Assembly (NCBI GenBank): GCA_009859145.1
Contig: VRVR01000037.1
Location: forward strand, 14,892 to 78,891
DNA length: 64,000 nt
Source of the DNA: Andalucia godoyi And28
Lineage: Eukaryota; Protista; Jakobida
Direction: 5' to 3'
Below, piece after piece: positions 33,823 to 44,750 of the stretch; the stretch's first letter is position 1; every line of letters begins with the position of its first letter. Both the position numbers and the translations under genes were made by a program. Below the pieces are notes generated by a model that was not told the origin of the DNA, did not search any database, and was given only the letters and a program-made list of their open reading frames with translations.

Positions 33823-34600
33823 TTTACTGCGGATCATGTTCCCAATCTCGGGAGCATTCTCTCGAGATGCAACGAATGCACTGAAAGCCAGACTTCCAAG
33901 GCTCTCCAATCTGTATTTATTCCACTCTCCTTCGTTCTCAATCGCCATGTCGAATCCGTCGAGCGCAACAGATCTTTTGCAGAAGCGAGGCAGCGGGACT
34001 GCAGTCGTGGAGTCCTTCTTCCCCAATCGCGTGTCGTCTGTGTTTCATCTCTGCGAATTGATTATGGGCACAAAGCGTGCGCAGAGTTTGCAAAGTGGCG
34101 TTCGGGTTGGAGGTCCCGGAGGTGCCGGAGGGGCTGAGTACAGCAGCGTGAATATCGACGGTGGTGTTGTGGTTGAAGACGAGGCGATGCAAAGCAGGCT
34201 GTCATTGTCGATTCCAAGACCGCCGGTAACTCCTAAGCCAATGACGTCGTTGCGAGTCACGGATTCCAGTCCGCGAAGACGTCGATCGGCACTCACCGAT
34301 ATCTCCTTTGAACTGCAAGAAGAAGACGGAGCAGAAGAACAAGGACAACAACATGAACAAGGACATGGACAAGGAGAAGTAGGAGGCAATGCTGAAAATG
34401 AAGAGACGCCGAGAAGAACTGACAGCGCGACTGATTTTCAGCTGATGCAAGCCGCAGGAAGAACCGGGCCACGACAGAGCCCTCACAGCGCTCGAACGCC
34501 CCTCCGACCGCTGCACGATATCCTGTCGAGCGATTCGCCTCGCGAAGTACCAACTGGAACACGCTTGAATCCAGTTCTTGCTGGTATCGTCGAAGAATGA
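32939..34600 (+). CDS. Hypothetical protein with possible longin-like N-terminus and low-complexity inserts
   Basis: About 553-aa ORF; AVYVFSPHGSPL-type start; poly-S and (QE)11 tracts; no family recognised. Confidence 0.6.
33755..33820 (+). repeat. (CAGGAG)11 coding repeat (QE)11
   Basis: Direct inspection. Confidence 0.9.
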
Positions 34601-35205
34601 TAGGCTTCCCAATAGTCCCGTTTTATTGTTATTTATCACACGTTATGAAATACTCCACCTGCCGTAATCCCTATTTCCCCCCAATTTAAAGAGGCACTTC
34701 CATTCGACGTTCAGTGTCAGTCATGGAGAAAAGAAACGGACAGCGAAAGCAAGAAAAGAGAGTAGGTAAAATGTCACTGGTCACTGACATACTTTCTGGG
34801 GGGAAGGGTGTATACTGCACCTCCCACCACCGAATCCCCCACTCTCCCTTACTCTTACCGAGGGGAGGGGGGGAATACTCTTTTGACTCGTCTCTGCTCT
34901 CTGTCGTCAGTCGCCATTCACCGGGGTTTTGCCGGCGCTGAAAATCGTTTTCCCCTTTACTTCACGTGTCCTTTTCTTTCCTCCTTCAATTCCTCTCTTC
35001 TTCTCTACTTTTCTATTTTATGTATTTTATTTCTGTTTTCTTATTATCGTTATTATTTTTTTTAAATTGTTATTATTATTTGTTTTTTCTCTAATAGATA
35101 TACATTTTAAGAGACTTCTCTTTTCCTTTTTTTAATTTTTTTGATTTTTTTTATATATTGTTTTGTTCTTCTTCTTTCTTGGGAGAGGAAGCGCAGACGA
35201 GACTA

Positions 35206-35826
35206 ATGCCTATTGAGTACGCGCTGATTGCAGAGGGCACCGAGGTTCTTGCAGAAGAGCCTGCGTCGGAGAAGAACCTCGCGAATATCTCGCGACTTAT
35301 TCTTGGGCGGATCCCGAAGCACAACCACAAGCGGACGTATCAGGAGGACCGGTACAACTTCCATTACAAGTACTCGGGCACGCATGTGTTCATGTGCGTT
35401 GCAGACAAGGAGTATCCTATGCGGATCTGCTTTGCGTTCTTGGACGATGCTGAAGCGAGGTTTTTGCAAGGCTCGCGCAACCTTAGAGGAATGATCAAGG
35501 AGCGTATTTCGTTCTACAATGATGCAAAGAACGACAAGGTCATGCGTGTCCAGGGACAGATTGACGAGGTCAAGGGCGTCATGGTCCGCAACATCGACAT
35601 GGTGCTCGAACGAGGTGAGAAGCTCGAGGTCCTCGCAGAAAAGTCAGAGGACCTCTCAAAGAATGCAAATCTCTTCAAGAAACAGGGTACGCAGCTCAAA
35701 CGCGCAATGTGGTGGAAGAACTTCAAGCTCCAACTGCTCATCATCTTCATCGTCCTCCTTGTCATCTTTGTCATTGTATGGATCGCGTGCGGTATCAACT
35801 TTGAAAAGTGCAAGAGCAACTCGTAA
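35206..35826 (+). CDS. VAMP7: Longin R-SNARE VAMP7
   Basis: Longin domain (YALIAEGTEVLAE, RICFAFLDD), VQGQIDEVKGVMVRNIDMVLERGEKLEVL, MWWKN and a C-terminal TM helix. Confidence 0.95.
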   Translation: MPIEYALIAEGTEVLAEEPASEKNLANISRLILGRIPKHNHKRTYQEDRYNFHYKYSGTHVFMCVADKEYPMRICFAFLDDAEARFLQGSRNLRGMIKERISFYNDAKNDKVMRVQGQIDEVKGVMVRNIDMVLERGEKLEVLAEKSEDLSKNANLFKKQGTQLKRAMWWKNFKLQLLIIFIVLLVIFVIVWIACGINFEKCKSNS

Positions 35827-35837
35827 ACTGTTTCCAT

Positions 35838-35895
35838 CTTCTTGTTTTGTCGTCTTCTTGTTTTGTCGTCTTCTTGTTTTGTCGTCTTCTTGTTC
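35838..35895. repeat. 16-bp tandem repeat (TTCTTGTTTTGTCGTC) x~3.5
   Basis: Direct inspection. Confidence 0.85.
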
Positions 35896-36121
35896 TGTTT
35901 GCTGCTGTTGTTGTTTTCCCTCTCTTCTCCTCCTCGTCGCTGTTGGCATCATGGCTGCTCTGTGCGCTTGTCTGGTACGTGGATCAAAGTGTACTGAGAA
36001 GAGCGCACCCCGCCACAGCACGCATACGTTGCTCTGCTCGTGAATATTTTAAATTTTTTACCTTTTAAAAAACTGGGGAGTTTAGCCCGGGACGTGCAGT
36101 ACAGTACTTGCGAAATCGACA

Positions 36122-37825
36122 TCAGACGAGGTTACTGAAAGATTGCAGCGAAGTTGACTTGGCTGTGGGAATCGATAATGCCTGAAAGGGCGAGGGGGCC
36201 GGCGCTGGAGCGAGAGAGAGCGCGAGAGAGCGCGAGGGTGAAAGAGAAGGCGGAGAATGTACAGACTTCCGGGCTGCCTTGGCCTTTGCGTGCAGAATGA
36301 GTCCGGAGGCCACCAACGTCATTGAAACAATGTATCGCGACTCGAAAGGCTTTGGAAAGAGAAGAAAGGACAGCAGGATGGTGGTCATCTTGCGAGCCGT
36401 CGCAATGGACTGGGCCGTAACAACTCCAAACAACTTGACTGTCGACAGATAAAACTGAACACCTGCCCATCCAAGAGCACCGAACAGCAACAAAAGCAGC
36501 AGTGCGTGCGGCGCGGACAAACAGTACATGACTGCAGCGGTAAGCTCGCCGGTGAAGAGGGCGAGGGCAAGCAGGATGCCGAGTCCAAGGACCGACTGGG
36601 CCACGACACAGGTGGACGGACTCAGACCGTGGTCCCTGAGCAGCTTTTCTTGAATGTTTCCGACGGCCGCATCAAACGCAAGGCTCGAACCGATGAGCAA
36701 GATCCCGAACCAGGAATTCGACGACTGGTCGGCACGGCCCAGGGAAAGGTAGATGAGGCCAAGCGTCAGGGAAACAGCGGCTGCGCAGTCCAGTGCACTA
36801 TATGACTTTCGAAAAAACGCCACTCCGGCACTCATCACTGCAAGTAGTTTGCAGCTCTTGAACAGCACTTTGGTCGGATAGTTGATGTAGGCCAGAGAAA
36901 AATTGCTCAGTGCCATGCCGACTACCGAGCATGCGGCAAGCAGCAATAAGGATGGAATCGGCGACGAGCAATTCAAGGGCCGTACATGTCCAAAATGGCT
37001 GCCGTGCAAGTCACTGCCGCCACTGCTACTGCTTTGATAATCACTATTACTAGTATGCTGTTGCTGATGGTGCTGAGGGTGTTCCTTGGATCCCAAGGAC
37101 GACAGCTGTGAATAAGACGCTGCAGTTCTTGAAAACGTGCCAACAAATCTTTCTTCCGTTGTTATCCCTGCACCACCACCACCATCACTACTGCTGCTGC
37201 TGCTGCTACTACTACTACTACTACTACTACTACTGCTGCTGCTGGAAGACGAAGCTGATGAAGGAGGAGCAAGAGCAGGGAGAGAAAGAGCAGAAGCGGG
37301 AGAAGAGAATCTCATCGATGGTAGAGAGGATATGGATGTCGACGGACCGACTAGGTCTCCGGTAGCGGCGGCAGCCGAGTCCGGCAAGCTTCTATTATGA
37401 TAGTGGTACTTTAGAGGCACAGGCAGCCACGAGGGAATTCCGTAGCGCGTCAGATCCATCCAAACGTACTTCAGCGGCCGTTTTCGCGACAACTCGAATG
37501 CAGAGAGTGCCGAGTACGCGGCGTACTGCATGAGTGCCGTAAACAGCGCAAACTGAAAGCCGTCAAGAGAAAAGAATATATATTCTTGCACATATCCCTG
37601 CAGTACATAAAACAGAAATATACCGCTCGTGAGAAACACAACCTGCCACACAGAGGAAAAGTGTGAAACATCCACCCCAAACAAAACAATAGCAGCAGAT
37701 CCATTACGATGATTGTGATAATGATGAGTGCTTTCAAACGACTTTCTGTCTGTCATTCCGTGTTTCGTCAATCCTGATGCGTACATGAGAGACAACACTG
37801 TGAAGACAACGTGATTGATACCCAC
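36122..37825 (-). CDS. Nucleotide-sugar/PAPS transporter (SLC35B3/PAPST2-like) with long Ser-rich insertion
   Basis: FYVLQGYVQEYIF, SNFSLAYINYPTKVLFKSCKL, DAAVGNIQEKL, ATARKMTTILLSFLLFPKPF. Start uncertain. Confidence 0.85.
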   Translation of the reverse strand: MGINHVVFTVLSLMYASGLTKHGMTDRKSFESTHHYHNHRNGSAAIVLFGVDVSHFSSVWQVVFLTSGIFLFYVLQGYVQEYIFFSLDGFQFALFTALMQYAAYSALSAFELSRKRPLKYVWMDLTRYGIPSWLPVPLKYHYHNRSLPDSAAAATGDLVGPSTSISSLPSMRFSSPASALSLPALAPPSSASSSSSSSSSSSSSSSSSSSSSSDGGGGAGITTEERFVGTFSRTAASYSQLSSLGSKEHPQHHQQQHTSNSDYQSSSSGGSDLHGSHFGHVRPLNCSSPIPSLLLLAACSVVGMALSNFSLAYINYPTKVLFKSCKLLAVMSAGVAFFRKSYSALDCAAAVSLTLGLIYLSLGRADQSSNSWFGILLIGSSLAFDAAVGNIQEKLLRDHGLSPSTCVVAQSVLGLGILLALALFTGELTAAVMYCLSAPHALLLLLLFGALGWAGVQFYLSTVKLFGVVTAQSIATARKMTTILLSFLLFPKPFESRYIVSMTLVASGLILHAKAKAARKSVHSPPSLSPSRSLALSLAPAPAPSPFQALSIPTAKSTSLQSFSNLV

Positions 37826-38300
37826 CCCTACATGTACATGTATAATACAGTACGATAACGCCTCGTCGGAAAACCAACAAGAACAAGAACAGAGAGAGGA
37901 AGAACAGAAAGAGGAAGGAAACGAAGTATAATACCATACAAAAATAGAACGAAATAAAAATCAAAACAGAAATCATTGTGAGGAGCTTGAGTGCCAGTTG
38001 CTTGAGTCTTGCTCCCGCCAAATGACCTTCTCAGCGCTCACCAAAAAAAAAAAAAAAAAAACTCAAAGGACTCTGTGTCTCCGTATTTGCTTTCCTTTCC
38101 CTTTCTCTCTTTCTTATTTTATTATTATTTTGTATTTAAATTCAATTTTTATTATATATATATATATTATTTTTTAAATATAAAGTATATGCTTTCTCCT
38201 CTTTTTGATTAAGCTCTATGCTCGTGTTCGTGTATGTGGGTGTGCTTGGTTAGCTTTATGGAAAGAGAGGCGAGCAGTGGAGAGGCGACGAGGTTTGAAG

Positions 38301-40778
38301 ATGTCTTTGGACTTTGATTTTGAGGATGGCAGTGTGTTAAAGGAGCTGGATGATATTATTTCCGTGACTTCTGTTGCGCCGCATCTGGACTGCGATCAGA
38401 AGTCGGCTGTCTTGGCAGACCCAAGCGTCCCGTTGATGATTGTTGCGGCGGCAGGCTCCGGCAAGACGACAGTCATGACACACCGCATGCAGTTTTTCAT
38501 ACATTCACACAGCATTAAGCCTGAAAACATCCTCGCAGTGACGTTTTCGGTGCGGGCCTCCAGAGAGCTTACGAAGCGAACCATGCAAAACCCATTGATG
38601 AAGGGGATCAACATCGGCACTTTCCACTCGATTTGCTTGCGGATCTTGTATGCCCACACCGCGCAGCTGCCGCTCAAGCCAAACTTTACGATTGTGCAGA
38701 AACGAGCTGTGCTGGAGTGTGTCGGCAAGGTGCTGGCGGACAGGCAGCGAGGTACTGGGCGCAGGCTTGGAGGCAGTGCTGGGGGCGGTCAACTGGCTGG
38801 TGGGAACGACGATCGAGGGAAGAGCGATGATGGAAAGTCCGTTCAGCGAGAAGACATCGAGCAGCTGATTTCGTGGATTGAACGACAAAAGACAAAGGAC
38901 CTTCCACCGAGTGCATTTGCAGACGGAGTGGAAAAGACTGCGTATTTGAAGTACCAGGAGTTCCTAAAGGAGAGCAATTCCATTGACTTTGTTGACATGG
39001 TCGGCATGATCGTGGCGCTCTTCAAGACGAAGCCTGCAGTCTGCGATGCATATCGATCCAGGTTCACTCATGTTTTGGTCGATGAGTTCCAGGATACGTC
39101 GATGTTGCAATGGCAGTTTCTGAAGCTCATCATGGGAAACTCGGTCACCGTGGTTGGTGATGACGACCAGAGCATCTATGCGTTCCGAGGGGCGTCAGCA
39201 TCTCGCATTTTTGGAGAGTTTCGGGAAAACTACGGAGCTGTGCGTGTCGTAACGCTGAATACGAATTATCGATCGACAAGGACCATTGTTCAAGCTGCAA
39301 GCGCAGTCATTCTCAGGAACGGGTTTCGAGAGCCGAAAACCATCAAGGCTCAAGAATCCGTGGCCAATGGAGCCAAAATCGCATTCTCGGCTGTCGGGAC
39401 GGTGGATGCAGAAGTTGATGCTGTCGCCAACTACATTGTTCGAAACAAGATTCGACCTGGCCATTGCGCAATCCTGTGCCGCGTCCGCAAGAACATTCTT
39501 CCGCTGTTTGCAAAGGCTTTCAGAAGAAAAGGAATAGCATGTACGTACAACTTGCCGAGTAACGCGATTGGTTCGGGCCGTCCGACCAATGAACACACGA
39601 TCCTGACTTCCGATGTTGTTGCATACTTGGAAGCGATCGCCAACCCGAAAAATAATGACGCATTCACGCGAGTGCTTCAAAAACCAAAACGCGGAGTCGG
39701 GCCGTCGATGTTTGACTATCTGGATGCACTGAGAGGGCTTGCTGCGTCTGCTGCCCGGAATTGCGCCGAGTATGCGTTGGATGACTATCATTCCCTCGCC
39801 GTCTTCGCCGTAGCCAAGGACTTTCCGGCTCCTGGAAAGCACTCGCATGGACGAAGACCGTCTCGAGCAGCACGCGAAGGTGTTTCCTCGTTTCTTGCCT
39901 GGCTTTGCTCGATGCAGAAGCGATCCGAGCATTGTCGAGTGTCGGAGCTTTGTGAGATGATCATGCGCGATGTGCAATATGATGCCGAGGAAGACTGGGA
40001 GCGCGAGGATGCCAATTTGTCGGACGGGTTGACGATTCTTGACATCATTCGGCAAGTTGAAGAGTCTGAATTCGACAGTCTGGTCACTCTTGAAGATCCT
40101 TGTTTGCGACTGCGCTTCGTCCTGGACAATATTGTTCTGTGGGAGCCCGAAGACAGCGTATCGCTCATGGCATCCGACTTCACAACGCAGAGCCAGAGCC
40201 AGAGTGCAGGAAAGCGCAAGATTGATGAATCCGACCACCTTCCGCCCATCACTATTGACGCCGTGACGCTGACCACAATCCACCAGTCCAAAGGTCTTGA
40301 GTGGCCGTATGTCTTTGTGGTCCGCTGCAACGAAGGCACAATGCCCGTGCAGCCCCCTTCCGATGCGCGGTCTCTTGAGCAGGCCGAGCATCTTGAGGAA
40401 GAACGCCGCATCGCCTACGTCGGCTTTACTCGCGCCATGAGAGAACTCCACATTTCTGCGTGCATTTCCGACGACCGCTCCAAAATCAGTCGTTTTGTAT
40501 GGGACGTTCCAGCCGATATGATGACCATTGTCTCGGGCCAGTCTGCGGAAACACTGAAGCGAAATGCGTACAAGGCGCTCTTCGGGGACAAGCCAGTCGT
40601 CGAAGCATCCGTGTCGATCCGAGGCCCGCATACTCCGCAACCGCAGTCCACCGCAAGCGCCAGAAAAACCCGTGAAAACCCACTGTTGGCATCGCAGTTC
40701 GTTGCTAGTGCAAATCCAAGTCTCGTCGACGCGGAAACTGTCCGCGATACGCCTCCCGCCAAGCTCTTTCGAATCTGA
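38301..40778 (+). CDS. UvrD/PcrA/Srs2-type superfamily 1 DNA helicase
   Basis: AAAGSGKTT, ILAVTFS, GTFHSIC, VLVDEFQDTS, VGDDDQSIYAFRGA, NYRST, TIHQSKGLEW, EEERRIAYVGFTRA. Confidence 0.95.
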   Translation: MSLDFDFEDGSVLKELDDIISVTSVAPHLDCDQKSAVLADPSVPLMIVAAAGSGKTTVMTHRMQFFIHSHSIKPENILAVTFSVRASRELTKRTMQNPLMKGINIGTFHSICLRILYAHTAQLPLKPNFTIVQKRAVLECVGKVLADRQRGTGRRLGGSAGGGQLAGGNDDRGKSDDGKSVQREDIEQLISWIERQKTKDLPPSAFADGVEKTAYLKYQEFLKESNSIDFVDMVGMIVALFKTKPAVCDAYRSRFTHVLVDEFQDTSMLQWQFLKLIMGNSVTVVGDDDQSIYAFRGASASRIFGEFRENYGAVRVVTLNTNYRSTRTIVQAASAVILRNGFREPKTIKAQESVANGAKIAFSAVGTVDAEVDAVANYIVRNKIRPGHCAILCRVRKNILPLFAKAFRRKGIACTYNLPSNAIGSGRPTNEHTILTSDVVAYLEAIANPKNNDAFTRVLQKPKRGVGPSMFDYLDALRGLAASAARNCAEYALDDYHSLAVFAVAKDFPAPGKHSHGRRPSRAAREGVSSFLAWLCSMQKRSEHCRVSELCEMIMRDVQYDAEEDWEREDANLSDGLTILDIIRQVEESEFDSLVTLEDPCLRLRFVLDNIVLWEPEDSVSLMASDFTTQSQSQSAGKRKIDESDHLPPITIDAVTLTTIHQSKGLEWPYVFVVRCNEGTMPVQPPSDARSLEQAEHLEEERRIAYVGFTRAMRELHISACISDDRSKISRFVWDVPADMMTIVSGQSAETLKRNAYKALFGDKPVVEASVSIRGPHTPQPQSTASARKTRENPLLASQFVASANPSLVDAETVRDTPPAKLFRI

Positions 40779-41108
40779 TCGCTGCAGCTGTAAATTCTGG
40801 GTGTGCTCTCCTCTTTTGAGTCTTTGGGCACTTGAGCAGAGTTCGACATTTCCTTCGCTCTTTTGCTCGATTTTTACCGCCGCCGCCAACCGAGCATCGG
40901 AATGCTTGCAATTTTTCCATTCTTATTTTTTCTTTTTTCTGTTTTCCTTTCTGTTCTTTCACTCTCCTTGACTGTAATTACTATTATTACTATTATCATT
41001 GGTGTGCTATTGGTGTATTATTGTGTTTCTTGTTTCTGATTTTATTGTCGTTTGCACTTTGTATTGTTGCTGTGTAGTCTTCGTCATCTGTGATTCGCAG
41101 GTTCGTCC

Positions 41109-41663
41109 ATGGAAGGTGTGTCGCATTCGTCGGATGATGATGCTCCGCTAGCGGTAGCCTTTGCAGCAGCGAGCGGCGCTGATTTTCTTCCGGACGACAT
41201 TCTGTCTGCTGTTTCCTCTCGCCACAAATCTAAAAAGGCAAAGCAATTGAGAGAACGAGAGCGGAAGCGAAGGAATTTTGAGCTAAAACGTCAACGCCCG
41301 TCGCTGCACGATGATGAGAATGATGGTGATGGAGATGGAGACGGTGACGGTGACGGTAATGATGAGATAGGAGAAGTTGAATCGTCATCAAAAAGGATAA
41401 AAGTGGACATTTCGTCGAGATCATTTCGGGATGTGGAAGTGACGGATTCGCAAATGAAGAATACGAGAATCAAGTTTATTGCAGAACCGACGTTGGAATC
41501 GGTGCAACGAACAATGAAGCTTCCGCAGACTGTTGCTGCCTTCCGATCGAGTCTGGGCCCAGGAAACAGGAGGCGCGTATCTGCAGTCCAGGTCGTCAAG
41601 CGAAAGCCAAAGTCTTCTCGATCGACTCTGAAGAAAACATCATTGGCCAAAAACAGACGATGA
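41109..41663 (+). CDS. Hypothetical basic/acidic protein (184 aa)
   Basis: ATG-initiated ORF filling the gap between genes; no family recognised. Confidence 0.6.
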   Translation: MEGVSHSSDDDAPLAVAFAAASGADFLPDDILSAVSSRHKSKKAKQLRERERKRRNFELKRQRPSLHDDENDGDGDGDGDGDGNDEIGEVESSSKRIKVDISSRSFRDVEVTDSQMKNTRIKFIAEPTLESVQRTMKLPQTVAAFRSSLGPGNRRRVSAVQVVKRKPKSSRSTLKKTSLAKNRR

Positions 41664-41826
41664 GATCGCTACTAGCACTGCGACTGCGACTGCGACTGCG
41701 ACTGCGACTGCTCATACTCCAACAGGGAGAGAACACATGCACACATACACATGTTCGCACGCGCGATATGTGGTAAAAGAAGAATTGAAAAGACGCGTTC
41801 ATGACGAAACTGGAGGGGAAACTGAC

Positions 41827-42675
41827 TCACTTCCTGCTTGATTTTGCAGCCATTTCATTCTGGAACTCGCGAAGGTCGGATCGCTGAAGAAACTCCTTGC
41901 GGTCCAGGTATCCCGTTGCTGATCTTTCCCTGATTTCATCCTCAGCACCCGACTCCTTCTTGAGCAAACTCCATTCCGCTCGAGTCTTTTCAAGCGTGTT
42001 TGTCGACGATCCCGTCTTTTTCCTATCAATCACTTTAGCCATCAGCGCTTCAATCGACGACGACGCGCGAGGCGGCGGCTGCGATTGCAATTGTGGTTGT
42101 GGTTTGACTCCCAAGGAAGACTGAGTCATGGGCATCCCTTGCATACTCTTCAAACCATTTTCTGCACAGTTGCCATTATCACTACTACTACTACTACTAC
42201 TACTACTATGACTTGTGCTGTTGCCACTGGTCTTTCCAGATTTCGACATGACATGCTTTCCCGATTGCAATGCTGCCCACATTGCATTTGCCTTTTCCTT
42301 TGCAGTCTCGGAAACAACAACAGCAGCATCATCCTCGTCCTCATCCTTATTTGTAGATGCTTGTTCTTGTTGTTGGTGTTGTTGTTGTTGGTTCTGAGGC
42401 ATGCTAGAGGCTGGAAACTGGTCGTTGGAGTCCGAATCTAGGTCCTCGAGAAATCTTCTGTTGGATCGATTCGCAGAGGCAATTCGCGGCTTTTTCGCGA
42501 CCCAACCTCCTGCATCTGTTGTGCGTTGTCCTGGTTCCTTTTGCCTTTTCTGCAGTTCCTTTTGCTGTTTCACGACTCGCTTCGACGACTCGTCTTTTTC
42601 ATCGCCATCAGAGGCATGCTGCGGCACAAAATCAAGATCATCTTCGCTATCCGTCTCACCACTCTGATCGCTCAT
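41827..42675 (-). CDS. CFDP1: BCNT-C domain protein (CFDP1/Swc5-like)
   Basis: C-terminal NTLEKTRAEW...GAEDEI...GYLDRKEFLQRSDLREF and an acidic N-terminus (EDDLDFVP). Confidence 0.85.
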   Translation of the reverse strand: MSDQSGETDSEDDLDFVPQHASDGDEKDESSKRVVKQQKELQKRQKEPGQRTTDAGGWVAKKPRIASANRSNRRFLEDLDSDSNDQFPASSMPQNQQQQHQQQEQASTNKDEDEDDAAVVVSETAKEKANAMWAALQSGKHVMSKSGKTSGNSTSHSSSSSSSSSDNGNCAENGLKSMQGMPMTQSSLGVKPQPQLQSQPPPRASSSIEALMAKVIDRKKTGSSTNTLEKTRAEWSLLKKESGAEDEIRERSATGYLDRKEFLQRSDLREFQNEMAAKSSRK

Positions 42676-43073
42676 TCTATCCTATCGTATCCTATCGTAT
42701 CCTGTCGTATCCTATCCCACTCAAAAAATAATGATGAGCAACGAAGACGAAACGAAAAGACTTTTCTCGGCACCTCTTATGACGCGTCCTCATGTGAGTC
42801 TCTCTGACAGGATCCGGCATTTCCCCCGACCTTTTGTGTCATTGGGAAACAAGCCTGAAGAAAAGTCCGAACGCCGAATTCAACAGCTGTCAACTTGTGC
42901 ATTTCGGGCGTATTTTCCGCGTTCTTCGGGACTTTTCTTGTGCGTTTTGAGTTTCTTGTGTCATAATAACGCATTTGTACCGTGGAGAGCCGCATCGAAG
43001 AGGAACTACGGTGGTGTGCCTGTGCAGGAGGCGGTGAAGCACGGAGCACGGAACACGGCACATAGACACATCG

Positions 43074-44660
43074 ATGCAGCAGACCGGCAATCATGGCATC
43101 GATGGAAGAAGAGTCGAACAAGTATCATCTGTACTTCAACGGACGATTGAGAATCGGTTTCGAGCATTGCTAAAGATGATCCGGGAAAGCTCGACGGTGG
43201 ACAATGTGGTGCGGCGAGATACAGACGAGGTGGAACTCTCGGACGCGCTGTATGATATTTGGAGACGCGACAAGAAAAATGCACGGTTGATCAAGCGGTC
43301 GTGCATGATCGCACCGGTTGTGGGTGCTGGAGTTGTGAGTGGCGCTGCTGCAATGTCGTCGAAATCGCAGGCGGACCGTGTGTGGAAGGTGACGTTTTCT
43401 GCAATGTGTGCTGGATTTGTTGCTTCCACTGCAAACCAGTTCGGGAAAGTCGTGGGAGACGTGTTTTCCCACAGCCTCGTCAGCACCGCAGAGAATGACC
43501 CTGAGAACCGAGACACGGGAGTTGTTCGAGAAGTGGTCGTTGGCAAAGAAGTGAGAGCAATCGCGAACGCGTACTTTGCTGAAAATGATGGAAGATACTA
43601 TTCCTCACTTTATCGACCTAAAAAAGCGCCAAACAAGGTTGTGCAGTTCGTCTCCACGCTCTGGGACTCGGAGCGCGATCGGTCGGATATGCATCTTGTG
43701 TACACAGGAGAGTGGCACCAGCTCCGGTTCGAAGGACAAGGGGAAATGCATTTGATGGACGGTACGACAATCACCGGCTCGTTTCGCCAAGGACTTCCCA
43801 ATGGCATGGATGTGGAGATACAGGATGTGTGCGGTGGTCTGCGTTTTCGTGGCTTGCTCATCATGGAAGAAAACCCGGAAGCGCTCGTCATTGCTGGAGA
43901 CATAACGTTTCTCCACACAACATACACTCTGGATCGCATCCAGCATAGCCGCCAACCGTTTGTGCTTTTCCATACCGCGGCTCCTGCCCCCGCGAGTATG
44001 CAGCTGCAGTCCCCGCTGCCAGTCCCAAGTGCTGCACGCATTCCGATGCCGAACATAGCCGGTTCATCTTCATGTTTTGAACCCGTCCATACTGGAAGCA
44101 CTGCATTCTCGCGGTCTGCATCTTCATCTGCATCGGCTCCGTCCTTGGCAGCGGGAGTGCAGTTGCGACCATCGTACTACGCAACTCTGGAGCCTCGAGA
44201 GAATCCATATCTCGAAGAATCGGCAGAACAGGTTGCGTCTGCGAGTATGCTTGATGCATTCTTCAAAGCATTCAATGCCGGTGCCTTGTACTCGTCTGGC
44301 TTGTTCAGTTCCGATTCACAGATTATGGTCCAAGTGCACCGTCCGCAGCGCCACAATCCAGAACAACGTATTCTCGAAGGCACAGCAGCAATCTGCGAGT
44401 TCTTTTGGTCGCTCTATACGCGACAACTGCGCATCTGCTGGCCCTCAGATCGGCTGCAGCAAGTCCCGGCGATCAAATGGGAACCGCAATCGCAGTCCTC
44501 GGAGTCTCCGACAATTGAACTCCTGCAGAAAGATCAGCAAATCGGGACCGTCATGATGTTCATCCACTGTGAACGCGACTCACCCAATGGTCCTTGGATC
44601 CTCAATTCGGGTCATATTGAGTTCCGCCTAAGCGTGGTCTTTGAAAATGCCGGGATCTGA
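43074..44660 (+). CDS. Hypothetical protein with MORN-like repeats
   Basis: 528-codon ORF; YTGEWHQLRFEGQGEM..DGTTITGSFRQGLPNG is MORN-like. True start unresolved. Confidence 0.6.
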   Translation: MQQTGNHGIDGRRVEQVSSVLQRTIENRFRALLKMIRESSTVDNVVRRDTDEVELSDALYDIWRRDKKNARLIKRSCMIAPVVGAGVVSGAAAMSSKSQADRVWKVTFSAMCAGFVASTANQFGKVVGDVFSHSLVSTAENDPENRDTGVVREVVVGKEVRAIANAYFAENDGRYYSSLYRPKKAPNKVVQFVSTLWDSERDRSDMHLVYTGEWHQLRFEGQGEMHLMDGTTITGSFRQGLPNGMDVEIQDVCGGLRFRGLLIMEENPEALVIAGDITFLHTTYTLDRIQHSRQPFVLFHTAAPAPASMQLQSPLPVPSAARIPMPNIAGSSSCFEPVHTGSTAFSRSASSSASAPSLAAGVQLRPSYYATLEPRENPYLEESAEQVASASMLDAFFKAFNAGALYSSGLFSSDSQIMVQVHRPQRHNPEQRILEGTAAICEFFWSLYTRQLRICWPSDRLQQVPAIKWEPQSQSSESPTIELLQKDQQIGTVMMFIHCERDSPNGPWILNSGHIEFRLSVVFENAGI

Positions 44661-44750
44661 TGTGGTAGATGTGTGTGAGAGAGAGAGAGAGAGGGAGGAG
44701 ACGGGGGAGGGGGGGTGTGTGGTGCGGTGCGGTCGACGACAGTCTGCGTG

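Noticed and set aside
34805-34822. GTGTATACTGCA resembling the element right end
   Set aside because: Lacks the terminal (A/G)G and any upstream similarity; chance-level match.
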